Positions 63,232 to 64,000 of a stretch of 64,000 nucleotides of DNA are shown here, in pieces. The notes under the pieces were generated by a model. That model did not search any database. It was not told the origin of the DNA and saw nothing but the letters and a program-made list of their open reading frames with translations. Each line of letters starts with the position of its first letter. The first letter of the stretch is position 1. Source of the stretch: Octopus vulgaris (taxonomy: Eukaryota); NCBI GenBank assembly GCA_951406725.2, contig OX597817.1:1364001-1428000 (forward strand). The letters run 5' to 3'. Made by a program: the position numbers and the translations under genes.

Positions 63232-64000
63232 TAGCCTATACAGGGATGAAGAGTAGTCTGGACAAGTGCTCCGCAACCTTTTTTTAATTTGCGGTACATA
63301 TATCTTTTTAGAAATCGGCAGCACACCTGAACTAAAAGTACGGTGACTGGAAAAGCATAAGAGAGGTAATCTCTTAATTCATCTTGTGTTGTCTCCCTAG
63401 TATCTGTCACCGATGAGGTGATAACTACTCCGAAATGCTAGTATTTCACTATCTAGGTAGATGGCGCTGAGAACCGATCCAGGTGTATACACACCATTTG
63501 TCAAAACGCAGTGGGTAGCTTGTTCCTCAGTTCGAACGTGCATCAAGCATATTCGGAATGATAGTAACGCTGCAATAACTAAAAGTATAGGGGAAAAATT
63601 ATATTCAGGTTACACTGTGGCACCCCTAGCATCGTCTCATGGCACGCGAGTGTGCCACGTCATATCGATTGCGGAACACTGGTCTAGAAAGTGCTGCCGT
63701 TATAAAAACGTTATATATGGTGTTTGTATATGAGTTTCCGTATATAATGATATGTGTCTGTATATATGTCCCTAAAGTTAGCGGTGCTAAACAAAATTTG
63801 TTTAAGCAAAAACTGGAGTGGACTACAAATCCTTCGAGACGCTACTCCAGCTTGGCTGCAGCTAATGAATGAAACAAGGAAAATAGTTAAAAGTGACTTC
63901 TATACGCACACGTATATGCACGCAGATAGAGGCACTTTAAGGGAAATTAACACACAAACGTACAAATAACACATACAAACACATGACCCAAAAAATGATG

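Overview
AT-rich, microsatellite-saturated animal genomic DNA, probably cephalopod (Octopus-like; inferred from the SINE families and repeat landscape). I recognise no host protein-coding gene. Almost every ORF in the track is a microsatellite translation or a transposon relic. Contents: (1) a near-intact, recently inserted Penelope-like retroelement (Neptune-type, RT + Cys linker + C-terminal GIY-YIG) at 37106-41858, with two 481-bp pseudo-LTRs, each carrying a hammerhead ribozyme (HHR); (2) at least six other short HHR-bearing modules, mostly in (TA)n tracts and clustered at 47.2-51.0 kb; (3) three diverged copies of a motif with all hammerhead core elements in a non-circularly permuted, triple-pseudoknot order, supported by compensatory base changes (the most novel signal here); (4) Tx1/L1-like LINEs stacked in (TATC)n; (5) R4/Dong-like LINE relics in (TAA)n; (6) many tRNA-derived SINEs, non-autonomous Helitrons, a mariner relic, MITEs and CR1 fragments. 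All structures were read by eye and none was computed or tested.
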